From Bacteroidota bacterium (GTDB lineage: Bacteria > Bacteroidota > Bacteroidia > Bacteroidales > GCA-2748055), in NCBI GenBank assembly GCA_049325415.1, contig JBMOLL010000040.1, positions 11,859-75,858 on the forward strand: a stretch of DNA of 64,000 nucleotides. The letters are read 5' to 3'. Both the position numbers and the translations under genes were made by a program. The notes beneath the pieces are model-generated. The model worked only from the letters and a program-made list of their open reading frames with translations. It was not told where the DNA came from and did not search any database. Positions 45,076 to 55,420 of the stretch are shown piece by piece. The stretch's first letter is position 1, and every line of letters begins with the position of its first letter.

Positions 45076-46419
45076 ATGTTCAATATGATAAAACGAAGCA
45101 TAATCACAGGTCTTTTCCTGGTCACTTTACTTTCATCTGGTTTTGGACAGGAAACAGCCGGTGCATGGAGCCTGGATGACTGTATCAGCTATGCACTGGG
45201 CAAGAATATAACGGTTCAGCAGGCCGGACTGGCAAGCGACAGGAACAGTCTTTACCTGGAGCAGGCCAGAGCCGCCCGGCTGCCTTCGCTGAGTGCAGGA
45301 CTCAGTCAGAATTTTTCCTGGGGAAAATCATATGATGTGCAAAACAGCACCTACGGTTCAATGGAAGGTTCCGCCAACGGCAGTTACTCAATCAGTTCGG
45401 GCATGACCCTCTTCAACGGTAATCGCCTGCAGAACGGGATCAGCCAGTCGGAGCTCAACCTGGAAAGCAGTCAGTACTATTCCGAAACGGTGAAGGAAAC
45501 ACTCGAGCTGAATATCCTGAGTGCCTTCCTGCAGGTGGTTTATACCGGTGAAAGCGTCGCCAATGCAGAAAAACAGATTGAAGCCACCAGGGAACAACTT
45601 GCACTGGCGGAGGAGCGGCAGAAGCTTGGAGCCATATCCCGGAGTGATTATCTGCAGATCAAATCCGAACTTGCCAGCGAGAACCTGACCCTGGCTCAGG
45701 CAAAAAGTCAGTACTCGCTTGCCCGTGTAAGTCTGATGCAGCTTATGGAACTGCCGGTTGACGACAGTTTCCGGATTGCGATACCCGACCTGGACCAGAT
45801 CCTCAACGAGGAACGGGAACCCGATGCAGCCGGGATATATGAACAGGCCCTGGCAATTAAGCCTCAGATCATGCAAGCCGAATTGAATAAGCAGAGTGCC
45901 GGACTGGAGGATAAAATTGCCCGTGCTGGTCTGTATCCTTCCGTAACGTTGAATGCCGGGCTCGGCACTTCCTATGCTTCAAACCTGGAGACAGTCTCCT
46001 ATGGGAGCCAGATCGGCAATCAGATCTCCCCATCTGTCGGTCTGCAGATCTCCGTTCCCATCTTTCAGAAGAAACAGGTAAAGACAGATATCGGACTGGC
46101 CCGGATCAGCTATTCCGAAGCTGAGCTTGAGGAAATCAATACCCGGAACCAGCTGAGGAAGGATATTGAACAGGCAACAGCCGATGTTCTTTCCGCGCAG
46201 ATGGAATATGAAGCCAGCCTGGAAAAATACCGGGCTCTTCAGGAGTCGAACCAGGTCTCCCTGGAGAAATTTAGCCTGGGCCTGATGAGTTCCGTTGATT
46301 ACCTCTACGAAAAAACCAGCCTGATCACGGCTGAAAGCAGTCTGTTGCAGTCAAAATTCAGGCTGATCTTCAGCTATAAGATCCTCGATTTTTACAAAGG
46401 AATTCCCATATCATTATAA
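45076..46419 (+). CDS. tolC: TolC-family outer-membrane efflux protein
   Basis: 447 aa with a signal peptide. Opens WSLDDCISYALGKNITVQQA, as in Bacteroidetes TolC, and has two OEP repeats. Confidence 0.88.
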   Translation: MFNMIKRSIITGLFLVTLLSSGFGQETAGAWSLDDCISYALGKNITVQQAGLASDRNSLYLEQARAARLPSLSAGLSQNFSWGKSYDVQNSTYGSMEGSANGSYSISSGMTLFNGNRLQNGISQSELNLESSQYYSETVKETLELNILSAFLQVVYTGESVANAEKQIEATREQLALAEERQKLGAISRSDYLQIKSELASENLTLAQAKSQYSLARVSLMQLMELPVDDSFRIAIPDLDQILNEEREPDAAGIYEQALAIKPQIMQAELNKQSAGLEDKIARAGLYPSVTLNAGLGTSYASNLETVSYGSQIGNQISPSVGLQISVPIFQKKQVKTDIGLARISYSEAELEEINTRNQLRKDIEQATADVLSAQMEYEASLEKYRALQESNQVSLEKFSLGLMSSVDYLYEKTSLITAESSLLQSKFRLIFSYKILDFYKGIPISL

Positions 46420-46430
46420 TTATCAAGACT

Positions 46431-47702
46431 ATGAAAAAAAGTGTCATTTATATTTCTCTATCCGTTGTGATCCTGGCCGGAGCCTTTACCGCCTTCAAAC
46501 TATCCGGTAAAGTCCGTCCGGTTGCCGAACTGGAAACCGTTAGCATCGGACGTGGCGACCTCAGCAACATCACAACAGCCACCGGAACACTGGAGGCGAT
46601 TGAAACCGTTGAAGTGGGCACGCAGGTATCCGGGGTGATCGATCATATCTATGTCGATTTCAACTCGGAGGTGAAGCGTGGCCAGATCCTGGCCAAACTC
46701 GATGAGACCCCGTTGCTTGCCTCACTGGAGCAGAGCAAGGCCACGGTGGACAATGCACAGGCCGAACTCGATTACCAGAAAGCCAACTACGAAAGGATCA
46801 GGATCCTGGCAGAAAAAAACCTGATCGCTGAAAGCGATTTTGAACTGGCCCAGTATAACTACCGCAAGGCAGAGGCTTCGCTGAAGAATGCCCAGTCGGT
46901 TTATGACAAAAACAAGATCAACCTGGCCTATGCCACCATTTATTCACCCATCGATGGCATTGTACTCGACCGGGCGGTGGATGAGGGGCAGACCGTTGCT
47001 GCCAGTTTCAGCACCCCTACCCTGTTCACTATTGTACAGGACCTGACCAAGATGCAGGTGGAAGCCAGCGTGGCTGAAGCCGATATCGGTTCCATCAGGC
47101 AGGGTCAGCGTGTTGAGTTTACCGTGGATGCTTACCCCGATCTTTCCTTTGGCGGAGAGGTCACCCAGATCAGGCTTCAGCCGGTGGAAAGTGCCAACGT
47201 CATCACCTACACAGTCATTATTGATGCACCCAATCCCGATAAAAAACTGATGCCGGGAATGACGGCCAATGTATCCTTTTACGTAACTGAAAAGAAGAAT
47301 ATCCTGCTCGTCCCTGCCCAGGCGATCTGGTTCACCCCGGAGCCGGCCAAATGGGAGGCTTACCTTAAGAATCACCCGGAGATGAGTGTCGATCCCGGAC
47401 CACAACAGGACCAGGGAGTCCCTCCAGCCAGCAGTCAGGAACTTACCTCCTCCCCACTCCAAAATGCTGAAGCAGACAGGACAAATGAAAAAACGGTATG
47501 GGTGGTGAACGGGAATCATATATCCCCCCGAAAAATTAAAACCGGCGATACCGATGAAATGTACTATGAATTGCTGAGCGGACTGAATGAAGGAGACCTG
47601 CTGGTCAGCTCAGTTTCTTCATCGGAAACCGTCAGCACGGTGAAAGAAAGTGAAGCCCGCAGTCCCTTTATGCCGCAAAGACCGGGTAGCAACAAAAAAT
47701 AA
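46431..47702 (+). CDS. macA: Efflux periplasmic adaptor (HlyD/MacA family)
   Basis: 423 aa. GTLEAIETVEVGTQVSGVI...V.RGQILAKLD, a coiled-coil hairpin and YATIYSPIDGIVL. Confidence 0.88.
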   Translation: MKKSVIYISLSVVILAGAFTAFKLSGKVRPVAELETVSIGRGDLSNITTATGTLEAIETVEVGTQVSGVIDHIYVDFNSEVKRGQILAKLDETPLLASLEQSKATVDNAQAELDYQKANYERIRILAEKNLIAESDFELAQYNYRKAEASLKNAQSVYDKNKINLAYATIYSPIDGIVLDRAVDEGQTVAASFSTPTLFTIVQDLTKMQVEASVAEADIGSIRQGQRVEFTVDAYPDLSFGGEVTQIRLQPVESANVITYTVIIDAPNPDKKLMPGMTANVSFYVTEKKNILLVPAQAIWFTPEPAKWEAYLKNHPEMSVDPGPQQDQGVPPASSQELTSSPLQNAEADRTNEKTVWVVNGNHISPRKIKTGDTDEMYYELLSGLNEGDLLVSSVSSSETVSTVKESEARSPFMPQRPGSNKK

Positions 47703-47710
47703 ACAGGATC

Positions 47711-48463
47711 ATGAAGCAGAATAGCATCATAGAAGTCAGGGAACTGAAGAAGGATTTCCATGTGGGCGACATCACGGTGCATGCCCTGAAGGGGATCAAC
47801 CTGGAGATCAGGGAAGGAGAGTTCCTTGGGATTATGGGCACGAGCGGATCGGGAAAATCGACCATGCTCAATGTGCTTGGTTGCCTTGACAAACCAACTG
47901 AAGGAAGTTATATGCTGGATAAAACCGATGTCGGCGAGTTGAACAAGAACCAGCTTGCCGCACTGCGCAACCAGAAACTGGGCTTTATCTTCCAGTCCTA
48001 CAACCTTCTCCCCCGCACCTCGGCCCTTGAGAATGTGGAGCTTCCCCTGTTCTATAATTCCGGGATCAGGCCTAAGGAAAGGCGGGAGCGTGCAATTGCG
48101 GCACTGGAGGCTGTTGGCCTGACGGACAGGATGTACCACATGCCCAATCAGCTGTCGGGCGGACAGCAGCAGCGCGTGGCCATTGCCCGGTCGCTGGTGA
48201 ACGACCCGGTGGTTATCCTGGCCGACGAGGCAACGGGGAACCTGGATACACGTACTTCCTACGAGATTATGGCACTTTTGCAGGAACTCAATTCACGGGG
48301 CAAAACCATTGTTTTTGTAACCCACGAACCCGACATTGCCCGATGCATGACCCGGAACGTAGTTTTCCGTGACGGCCACATCCTTAAGGAGGAAATAGTA
48401 GAAAACAGGTTAATGGCTGCGGAGGTGCTAAAAAGCCTTCCTGCCGAAAATGAGGATATTTAA
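47711..48463 (+). CDS. macB: ABC transporter ATP-binding protein (MacB/LolD-type)
   Basis: 250 aa. Walker [10 protein letters not shown], signature [15 protein letters not shown], Walker [12 protein letters not shown]. Confidence 0.92.
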   Translation: MKQNSIIEVRELKKDFHVGDITVHALKGINLEIREGEFLGIMGTSGSGKSTMLNVLGCLDKPTEGSYMLDKTDVGELNKNQLAALRNQKLGFIFQSYNLLPRTSALENVELPLFYNSGIRPKERRERAIAALEAVGLTDRMYHMPNQLSGGQQQRVAIARSLVNDPVVILADEATGNLDTRTSYEIMALLQELNSRGKTIVFVTHEPDIARCMTRNVVFRDGHILKEEIVENRLMAAEVLKSLPAENEDI

Positions 48464-48473
48464 GTGTAAGAAA

Positions 48474-49694
48474 ATGAACTACTCGAATACCATAAAAATC
48501 GCATTTAATGCCCTGAAAAGGAATAAGTTCCGGGCATTTCTTACCATGCTCGGGATCATCATCGGCGTGGCTTCGGTCATCGCCATGCTGGCCATCGGAC
48601 AGGGTTCTAAACAAAGCATCGAGGATCAGATGTCGGGCATGGGCACCAACCTGATCTTTGCCGTACCCGGATCGGAGGAAAGAGGAGGCGTACGGGTAGG
48701 TAACAGTGATGCGCAGAACATGAAGCTCAGCGATGTGGACGCCATCGCAAGGGATTGTCCGGCGATCAGTGCCGTATCCCCCGAAGTGAGGGCCAGCGGC
48801 CAGCTGATTTACGGGAACAGCAACTGGCCGACCTCGGTGGAAGGCGTCAATACAGCGTTCCTCGGGATCCGCAAGTACTCCCTGGAAACCGGCAGGATCT
48901 TTACCGATGCCGAGATCAGATCCTATGCAAAGGTTTGCCTGATAGGCCAGACAATCGTGGAGAATCTGTTTCCGAATGGGGAAAATCCCATCGGACAAAC
49001 AATTCGATTCGGCAATGTGCCTTTCAAGGTGATCGGCGTGCTGGCCGATAAGGGAGAGAACGGGATGGGACAGGACCAGGATGACCTGATCGTTGCCCCC
49101 TACACCACGGTCATGAAAAGGATTCTTTCCCAGACCCACATCTCAGCCATCATGGCGTCGGCTGCTTCTGAAGAGCTCAACGACGAGGCCATCGACCAGC
49201 TTACGGCTTCATTGCGGAAATCGCACCGTATCAAGGAGGGTGGCGAAGACGATTTCCGGGTGAGGTCACAATCGGAACTGGTGCAAACCTTTACCTCCAT
49301 CAGCGACATCCTTACGGTACTGCTGGGTGCCATTGCGGGGATCTCCCTGCTAGTCGGCGGGATCGGGATCATGAATATTATGTTTGTTTCCGTAACGGAG
49401 CGGACAAGAGAGATCGGTCTGCGGCTGTCGGTAGGAGGAAAGGAAAAAGACATCATGCTTCAGTTCCTGGTGGAATCGATAATGCTGAGCGTGACCGGCG
49501 GTGTGATTGGTATTCTTCTGGGGATACTGATTACAGCAGTTGTTGGTTCTCTTATGAGCTGGCCCGTGGTGGTCATGACCTCTTCGGTGGTGGTATCCTT
49601 CCTGGTCTGTACTGCGATCGGCATCTTTTTCGGCTGGTACCCGGCCCGTAAGGCCGCCTCGCTGAATCCGATCGATGCCGTGCGTTACGAATAA
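48474..49694 (+). CDS. ABC transporter permease (MacB periplasmic domain + FtsX)
   Basis: IAFNALKRNKFRAFLTMLGIIIGVASVI at the N-terminus and an FtsX-like C-terminus (VGGIGIMNIMFVSVTERTREIG). Start moved to MNYSN (48474), just after the ATPase stop. Confidence 0.9.
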   Translation: MNYSNTIKIAFNALKRNKFRAFLTMLGIIIGVASVIAMLAIGQGSKQSIEDQMSGMGTNLIFAVPGSEERGGVRVGNSDAQNMKLSDVDAIARDCPAISAVSPEVRASGQLIYGNSNWPTSVEGVNTAFLGIRKYSLETGRIFTDAEIRSYAKVCLIGQTIVENLFPNGENPIGQTIRFGNVPFKVIGVLADKGENGMGQDQDDLIVAPYTTVMKRILSQTHISAIMASAASEELNDEAIDQLTASLRKSHRIKEGGEDDFRVRSQSELVQTFTSISDILTVLLGAIAGISLLVGGIGIMNIMFVSVTERTREIGLRLSVGGKEKDIMLQFLVESIMLSVTGGVIGILLGILITAVVGSLMSWPVVVMTSSVVVSFLVCTAIGIFFGWYPARKAASLNPIDAVRYE

Positions 49695-49756
49695 TGCAGC
49701 AGCCGATCTGAAAATGAGCGATTTTTCACTAATTTACCCACAAAATCCGAGAACCC

Positions 49757-50848
49757 ATGCAGCTCAATACAAGGTCGAACAGAAGGCTCACTGTCACCCT
49801 CCACATCCTGGCCTGGGTGCTCGTGCTCCTGATACCAAGCATCGTCGCATCAACATTCGGTGACGGGAATAACGGCCATCTGATCCATTTTTACATTAAC
49901 ACCCTCTTTTACGGCTTCCTGTTTTACCTCTCCTACCTCTGGATCGTACCCCGGTTCTATTTCGGCGCAAAAAGATGGAAGTATTTCGCCGTTTCCGCCA
50001 CACTGGTACTGCTGTTCTGCCTCGCGCTCTGGCTGATCAATGACTTCCTCTTCATCGACAGGGAACGGGAAGCGCAGATTGCCAGAGTGATGGAGGAGAT
50101 CAACAAGGGTAAGGAAGGGACGGCACCCCCGTTGAAATTGTTCCGGCTGTTCAATTACTTCTATTCTTCCATCCTGATTGTCGGATTCTCCCTGGGGATG
50201 GGCGTTCTTGAAAAACTGCGCCAGAACGAAAAGGAAAGAAAGGATCTGGAGAAGGAAAAACTCCATTCCGAACTGGCTTTCCTGAAGAACCAGGTCAGTC
50301 CGCACTTTTTCTTTAACACCCTCAACAACATTTACTCCCTGATCGACACCGATACCGGGGAGGCCAGAGAAACGGTGCATAAACTTTCAAGCCTGATGCG
50401 CTATCTCCTTTACGACACGGCCCAGGAAAATGCCGATCTCAATGATGAGATCCGCTTTATGAAAAATTACGTGGACCTGATGAAACTGAGGATCAGCTCA
50501 CGCGTGGACCTGCAGGTCGACTTTCCGGAGAACATCCCGGAGCTGAAGGTCCCGCCGCTGCTTTTCATTCCGGTCATTGAAAATGCCTTCAAGCACGGAA
50601 TCAGTTACCGTGATCCCTCCTTTATCCATATCCGGATGAGCATCAGGGATAAAAAAGTGCTGTTTCTGGTTGAAAACAGTATCCGGAGAGCCAATATGCC
50701 CGAAGTAGAGGGCCATTCAGGTATCGGTCTTGAAAATGTCAGGAAAAGGGTTGCCTTGCTTTTCCCCGGATCACACCGGCTGGATATACGCGAAGAAGAA
50801 GACCGCTTCAGTGTTGAGATTGAAATTGATACCACGCACACCGCATGA
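49757..50848 (+). CDS. LytS/YehU-type sensor histidine kinase (His_kinase family)
   Basis: 363 aa. N-terminal TM segments, then LKNQVSPHFFFNTLNNIYSL and ENAFKHG...GIGLENV. Confidence 0.88.
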   Translation: MQLNTRSNRRLTVTLHILAWVLVLLIPSIVASTFGDGNNGHLIHFYINTLFYGFLFYLSYLWIVPRFYFGAKRWKYFAVSATLVLLFCLALWLINDFLFIDREREAQIARVMEEINKGKEGTAPPLKLFRLFNYFYSSILIVGFSLGMGVLEKLRQNEKERKDLEKEKLHSELAFLKNQVSPHFFFNTLNNIYSLIDTDTGEARETVHKLSSLMRYLLYDTAQENADLNDEIRFMKNYVDLMKLRISSRVDLQVDFPENIPELKVPPLLFIPVIENAFKHGISYRDPSFIHIRMSIRDKKVLFLVENSIRRANMPEVEGHSGIGLENVRKRVALLFPGSHRLDIREEEDRFSVEIEIDTTHTA

Positions 50849-51564
50849 TAAAACTGAGAACGATAGCCATCGATGATGAGCCCCCGGCCCTGAAGCTCGT
50901 GAGTGATAATATCCGGAAGACGCCCTTCCTGGAACTGACCGGGGCTTTTGACAATCCGATCGACGCCATTGACTTCCTCCAGGAACATACTGCCGATCTG
51001 ATCCTGCTCGATATTCACATGCCCGACCTCACAGGAATTGAATTCTTACGCAGCCTCGAACAGGCCCCGAAGGTGATCTTTACCACGGCCTACGATAAAT
51101 ATGCCATCGAGGGTTTCCGGCTGAACGTGGTGGACTACCTGCTGAAACCCTTCAGCTATGAGGAATTCCTGGTTGCTGTGCAAAAGGCAAAAAAACTGGT
51201 TGAGCTGGAACAGTCGGCCCTCCCCACGGCCGATGTCGGGAACCGCTTCCTCTTTCTGAAGTCGGAATACCGCATCAGGCGGATCAATTTTGACGAGATC
51301 CTGTATATCGAAGGTCTGAAGGATTATGTTAAGGTCTATACAACAAAGGAAGACAAACCCGTACTTTCGCTGAATACCATAAAATCGCTGGAGGAAAAGC
51401 TTCCGCAGGAAATGTTTATGCGGGTGCACCGTTCCTTTATTGTCAACCTGGAAAAGATCGAAACGATTGAACGCAGCAGGATTATCTTCGGGAAAGTATA
51501 TATCCCTGTCGGTGAGCAGTATAAAGAGAAGTTTGAACTGTATGTGAAGAATAATTTTCTTTGA
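50845..51564 (+). CDS. LytTR-family DNA-binding response regulator
   Basis: 239 aa. Receiver domain (IAIDDE...DLILLDIHMPDLTG) plus LytTR (ILYIEGLKDYVKVYT...MRVHRSFIVNL). ATGA overlap with the kinase gene. Confidence 0.92.
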   Translation: MIKLRTIAIDDEPPALKLVSDNIRKTPFLELTGAFDNPIDAIDFLQEHTADLILLDIHMPDLTGIEFLRSLEQAPKVIFTTAYDKYAIEGFRLNVVDYLLKPFSYEEFLVAVQKAKKLVELEQSALPTADVGNRFLFLKSEYRIRRINFDEILYIEGLKDYVKVYTTKEDKPVLSLNTIKSLEEKLPQEMFMRVHRSFIVNLEKIETIERSRIIFGKVYIPVGEQYKEKFELYVKNNFL

Positions 51565-51605
51565 ACCAGGCCTGTCCGGCAAGGTACCTGAATAATGATC
51601 GTACA

Positions 51606-52403
51606 CTAACGGTACTCCCTCCCCACCAGCCAGTAGATGTGAAACTGTCCGCCCGCCACTGTTTCAAATCCAAGCTTACGGTAAACCGCTTCACCCATCG
51701 CCGAGGCATGCAGTATCACGGTCGCAACTCCTTCGCGCCGGGCAATTTCAAGGCATTTCGCGGTAACGGCACTGCCAATACCACGGTTTCTGTATTCGGG
51801 AAGCGTGGCCACAAAATAGATCCCTCCTCCCCTGCCCGACAGGAAGATGGCACTGCTTGCCACAGCTTTCCCGCCGATCCGCCCCGTCACCATCCTGAAA
51901 CGGTCGACGTGCAGCAACAGGCGGGCCAGTGAAAGATCCATCGGCGAGGCTTCCAGTAAAGTAGCGTTCACCACGCTTACAAACGATTCCAGGTCCTCTT
52001 CGGAACTGACCTCGCAAAGTTCAAGTCCGGATACGGTTTTTTGTTCAGGCCAGCCTTTTCCGGTGTCAACCGACATACCGGTCCATGTATAGACTTCCCT
52101 GAAACGGTTTTTCTTCAGCAGGTCGCCAAGCGCATCCTGGCCATAACCGGGAACAACATTCCAGTAAGGCGGAAGTTCATGGGTCCTTATGCGCCCGATC
52201 ACCTGCATCGCCTCTTCTTCGAAGCTTTGCTGATCAAAGTTCTGGCCAACCACCCACCTGGGCCACTTCCCCGCATTGTTTTTTATCCAGAATACTGCTT
52301 CTTCCCCGGAGGGGATTCCTGTTTTTTCCGCCACTAAACGGTAAAAACCGAAGAGATTTTCGCTAAGAAGCGCAAAGTCATCATTCATTTTTCTACCCTG
52401 CAT
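51606..52403 (-). CDS. GNAT-family N-acetyltransferase
   Basis: 265 aa. Acetyl-CoA motif VATLPEYRNRGIGSAVT near the C-terminus. Confidence 0.75.
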   Translation of the reverse strand: MQGRKMNDDFALLSENLFGFYRLVAEKTGIPSGEEAVFWIKNNAGKWPRWVVGQNFDQQSFEEEAMQVIGRIRTHELPPYWNVVPGYGQDALGDLLKKNRFREVYTWTGMSVDTGKGWPEQKTVSGLELCEVSSEEDLESFVSVVNATLLEASPMDLSLARLLLHVDRFRMVTGRIGGKAVASSAIFLSGRGGGIYFVATLPEYRNRGIGSAVTAKCLEIARREGVATVILHASAMGEAVYRKLGFETVAGGQFHIYWLVGREYR

Positions 52404-52429
52404 TTGAATTGTGACCTTGTCAGACGTGA

Positions 52430-53671
52430 CTAATTATTTTGCTGAAGGGAACCAAGAACCTCATTGATCCTGATCATCAGCGGAGCCATATCCCCGGCTG
52501 TCAGCAAGGGAAGTTCAAAATCGCCGTGGAAATTAAAACGTTTTTTATCGGTCGACCAGAATGACAGGTAGACCGAACCCTTTACCACTTTATCAGTGAC
52601 AGAGGATAGGGAGATGGTACCTTCATAACTTTGGGATTCAATAACATAGCCTATGGGACCATAGTGCCAGTAGCCCAGTTTTGCAACTACCGGGCTTGTC
52701 ATATCCAGGGTATATTCTCCAACAGCCAGTTCGGGCAGGGCAATCAGAACGGAATAGTTGGTCTCATCGTCGATTACATCCGGCTTCCCCTCAAAGAAAT
52801 GATGAAAGCAGAGCAGTGTTTTCTTTCCGTAAACCGGGTAAAAAATATAGCCTGAGAGAAGATCCATCAGGTTCTGTGAAGCCCGGGGACTGATATCCGC
52901 ATCACGCAGGACATAACTGCGATCGATGGTGAAGGAGAAGAGTTTCCCTCCCTGAAGACTGGCTTTCATGTCATTTCCCGGATAAAGCGTAGAGTTGAAG
53001 AGCGAATCGTAAAAAGCCTTCTCAATGCCGGCAATCTGTTCAAGGACAGAAAGGACTGCCTCCTGCCTTTCGTTTTCCCTGTTTCTCCGTTCTTTCTCTG
53101 CGCGGACAAATCCTTCATAGGAACTGGCCGGGATTGCTGCTTTGGAAAACACGATTTTTTGCTGGGAATCAGACTGTTCACCTTTTATTGTTACCGTACC
53201 GCTGAGGACTCTGCTGCCACCCGGCCCCTGAGTCATGGTGAGGAGACCTGAAGCTTCACTTAGCGGTTCGTATTCCCCCCGCGACAGGTAATTGCAGACC
53301 ATATGAAGACGGTTCCTCATGGTATCCAGCATAAACGAACGGGTGCCGGAAGGTATCGCTGCCGCAAACATGAAGGAACCCGAAGCCGTAATTTTACTCC
53401 ATTCTCCTTCGGGAAGGCTGTTGCTGTTCATGGCCACCAGGATCAGGTCCGTACCCTGCTCCGGCTGCAGCGACTCGTCGCTAAGCCAGCCATACCTGTC
53501 GCGGTAGCCGGTATTCTCCAGGTAAGAGACATAGGAGAGCGGAAGGTCATGGTAGCGGTTTTCTCCGCTCACGAAACGGGAATAACGAAGGGTATCGGAA
53601 GGGAACAACTGGGCGGAAGACAGTTGGAAGAAGGAAAGCATGCCTGCCAGAAGTATCAGCCTGTTTCTCAT
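52430..53671 (-). CDS. Secreted protein of unknown function
   Basis: 413 aa with signal peptide MRNRLILLAGMLSFFQLSSAQ. No family recognised. Confidence 0.55.
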   Translation of the reverse strand: MRNRLILLAGMLSFFQLSSAQLFPSDTLRYSRFVSGENRYHDLPLSYVSYLENTGYRDRYGWLSDESLQPEQGTDLILVAMNSNSLPEGEWSKITASGSFMFAAAIPSGTRSFMLDTMRNRLHMVCNYLSRGEYEPLSEASGLLTMTQGPGGSRVLSGTVTIKGEQSDSQQKIVFSKAAIPASSYEGFVRAEKERRNRENERQEAVLSVLEQIAGIEKAFYDSLFNSTLYPGNDMKASLQGGKLFSFTIDRSYVLRDADISPRASQNLMDLLSGYIFYPVYGKKTLLCFHHFFEGKPDVIDDETNYSVLIALPELAVGEYTLDMTSPVVAKLGYWHYGPIGYVIESQSYEGTISLSSVTDKVVKGSVYLSFWSTDKKRFNFHGDFELPLLTAGDMAPLMIRINEVLGSLQQNN

Positions 53672-53911
53672 GGATCAGAAGTTTATTGAACAATTATCCG
53701 GAGTTGTACGCAGCAATTTGCATTCCAAAGATAAGCACCTGAAACAAATAACGACCGTTAAAAGGAGGATTTGAGTAAGGGATGATGGCTCAACAAAAGC
53801 CCACAGGTAAGATCAGCGCATGCACATTCACCCACAGGCATCTCCCATGGGTTTGTTTCCCAGTGATTTATCCGCTTCCTCCGCCATCAGGAACATTTTA
53901 GCCCCGATTAT

Positions 53912-53942
53912 TTTGTGATTTGCGCAGGTATGATTAAATTTG
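53912..53942 (+). promoter_or_regulatory. Bacteroidetes-type promoter for tRNA-Pro
   Basis: TTTG (53912-53915), a 19-nt spacer, then TAAATTTG (53935-53942), 33 nt upstream of the tRNA 5' end. Confidence 0.6.
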
Positions 53943-53975
53943 CGTCCGCAACTGACAAAGGCAGTTGTTTTCAAT

Positions 53976-54049
53976 CGGGGTGTGGCGCAGTTGGCTAGCG
54001 CACTTGCATGGGGTGCAAGGGGTCGTACGTTCAAGTCGTATCACCCCGA
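53976..54049 (+). tRNA. tRNA-Pro (anticodon GGG)
   Basis: Folded by hand. Acceptor CGGGGTG/CACCCCG with A73. D arm GCGC-agttggcta-GCGC. Anticodon arm CTTGC-AT GGG GT-GCAAG (U33, G37). T arm GTACG-TTCAAGT-CGTAT. The C1-G72/A73/G37 combination is typical of bacterial tRNA-Pro. No encoded CCA. Confidence 0.9.
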
Positions 54050-54056
54050 CGGATCA

Positions 54057-54091
54057 GAGGAACGGGCAGAAACCTGTTCCTCTTTTTTTTT
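54057..54091 (+). terminator. Rho-independent terminator after tRNA-Pro
   Basis: GAGGAAC-gggcagaaacct-GTTCCTC followed by T9. Confidence 0.8.
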
Positions 54092-54304
54092 GCAGTCGGA
54101 TAGCGCATCCCGGCACGGAGTGTCGGGAGGGTCGTACCGGACTGGTTCCGGCCGGCACTGCCATCCCGTCAGAAATTGAAATAATCTGATAAAAAAAAGT
54201 GCTAACTTGTCGCATCGTTCCAACTTTTCCGTGTTCTGTCTGTTTTGGTATTATTATTGACCGGATGCTCACATCTGAATAAAACAAACAAAAAACAGTA
54301 TACA

Positions 54305-55306
54305 ATGGATCTTTTCAAACCTATGCAAAGCAATTCCCCCGAGGAGAAAGTAAAAAAAGAACTTATTCCCTCAGAACATTTTAAATGTCTTATCCTGGGT
54401 TCCGGCCCGGCAGGCTACACCGCAGCCATCTATGCCGCCCGAGCCAACCTTAAACCGGTGATGTACACCGGTATGCAGATGGGCGGTCAGCTGACGACCA
54501 CCACCGAAGTGGAGAACTTCCCCGGTTACCCCCAGGGTGTTACAGGACCCGAAATGATGGAAGACCTGAAAACCCAGGCCGAGCGTTTCGGAACCGATGT
54601 CCGTTTCGGCATGGCCACCGAAGTTGATTTCTCAGGAAAGGTCAAGAAAGTCGTGATCGATGAGGATAAACTGGTAACCGCCGATACCGTGATCATTGCC
54701 ACGGGTGCCACCGCAAAATACCTCGGACTGGAATCGGAAGAGAAATATAAGGGTTATGGAGTCTCGGCCTGTGCCACCTGCGACGGCTTTTTCTACCGCG
54801 GTAAGGTGGTGGCCGTGGTTGGCGGAGGCGATACGGCTGCTGAAGAGGCAACCTACCTTGCCGGGCTCGCCAAAAAGGTCTACCTGATCGTCAGAAGGGA
54901 CGAACTCAGAGCCTCCAAGGCTATGCAGAAAAGGGTGATGAACACGCCGAACCTGGAAGTACTCTGGAAGCATCAGACAAAGGAACTGATCGGCGACCAG
55001 GTGGTAAAAGGTGTGGTTCTCTGGAAAAACAAGGGTGAAGCCGGTGAGGAAACGGTGACGATCGATATCGACGGCTATTTCCTGGCGATCGGTCATACGC
55101 CCAACTCGGACATTTTCAAACCTTATATTGAAACCGACGAGACCGGATATATCAACACGGTTCCCGGAACCACCAAAACCAGCGTTCCCGGTGTTTTTGC
55201 CTGTGGCGATGTACAGGACAAACACTACCGTCAGGCCATTACAGCAGCCGGAACCGGCTGTATGGCAGCCCTGGAAGCCGAGCGTTACCTCGGTGAGCAG
55301 GACTAA
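54305..55306 (+). CDS. trxB: Thioredoxin-disulfide reductase (canonical, NADPH-dependent)
   Basis: Start moved to MDLFKP. GSGPAGYTAAIYAAR, CATCDGFFYRGK, GGGDTAAEEATYL...VRRDELRA (NADPH motif present), GVFACGDVQD. Confidence 0.92.
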   Translation: MDLFKPMQSNSPEEKVKKELIPSEHFKCLILGSGPAGYTAAIYAARANLKPVMYTGMQMGGQLTTTTEVENFPGYPQGVTGPEMMEDLKTQAERFGTDVRFGMATEVDFSGKVKKVVIDEDKLVTADTVIIATGATAKYLGLESEEKYKGYGVSACATCDGFFYRGKVVAVVGGGDTAAEEATYLAGLAKKVYLIVRRDELRASKAMQKRVMNTPNLEVLWKHQTKELIGDQVVKGVVLWKNKGEAGEETVTIDIDGYFLAIGHTPNSDIFKPYIETDETGYINTVPGTTKTSVPGVFACGDVQDKHYRQAITAAGTGCMAALEAERYLGEQD

Positions 55307-55420
55307 AATCTGATTTCTTCAGACAGATCCCGGTACCACTGTTTCAGGACAGGTCGGACCGGGATTTTTTTGCGGACAGCGCGGACTTTTCTAACTTACG
55401 GGATTAACAGATCTGTTCAA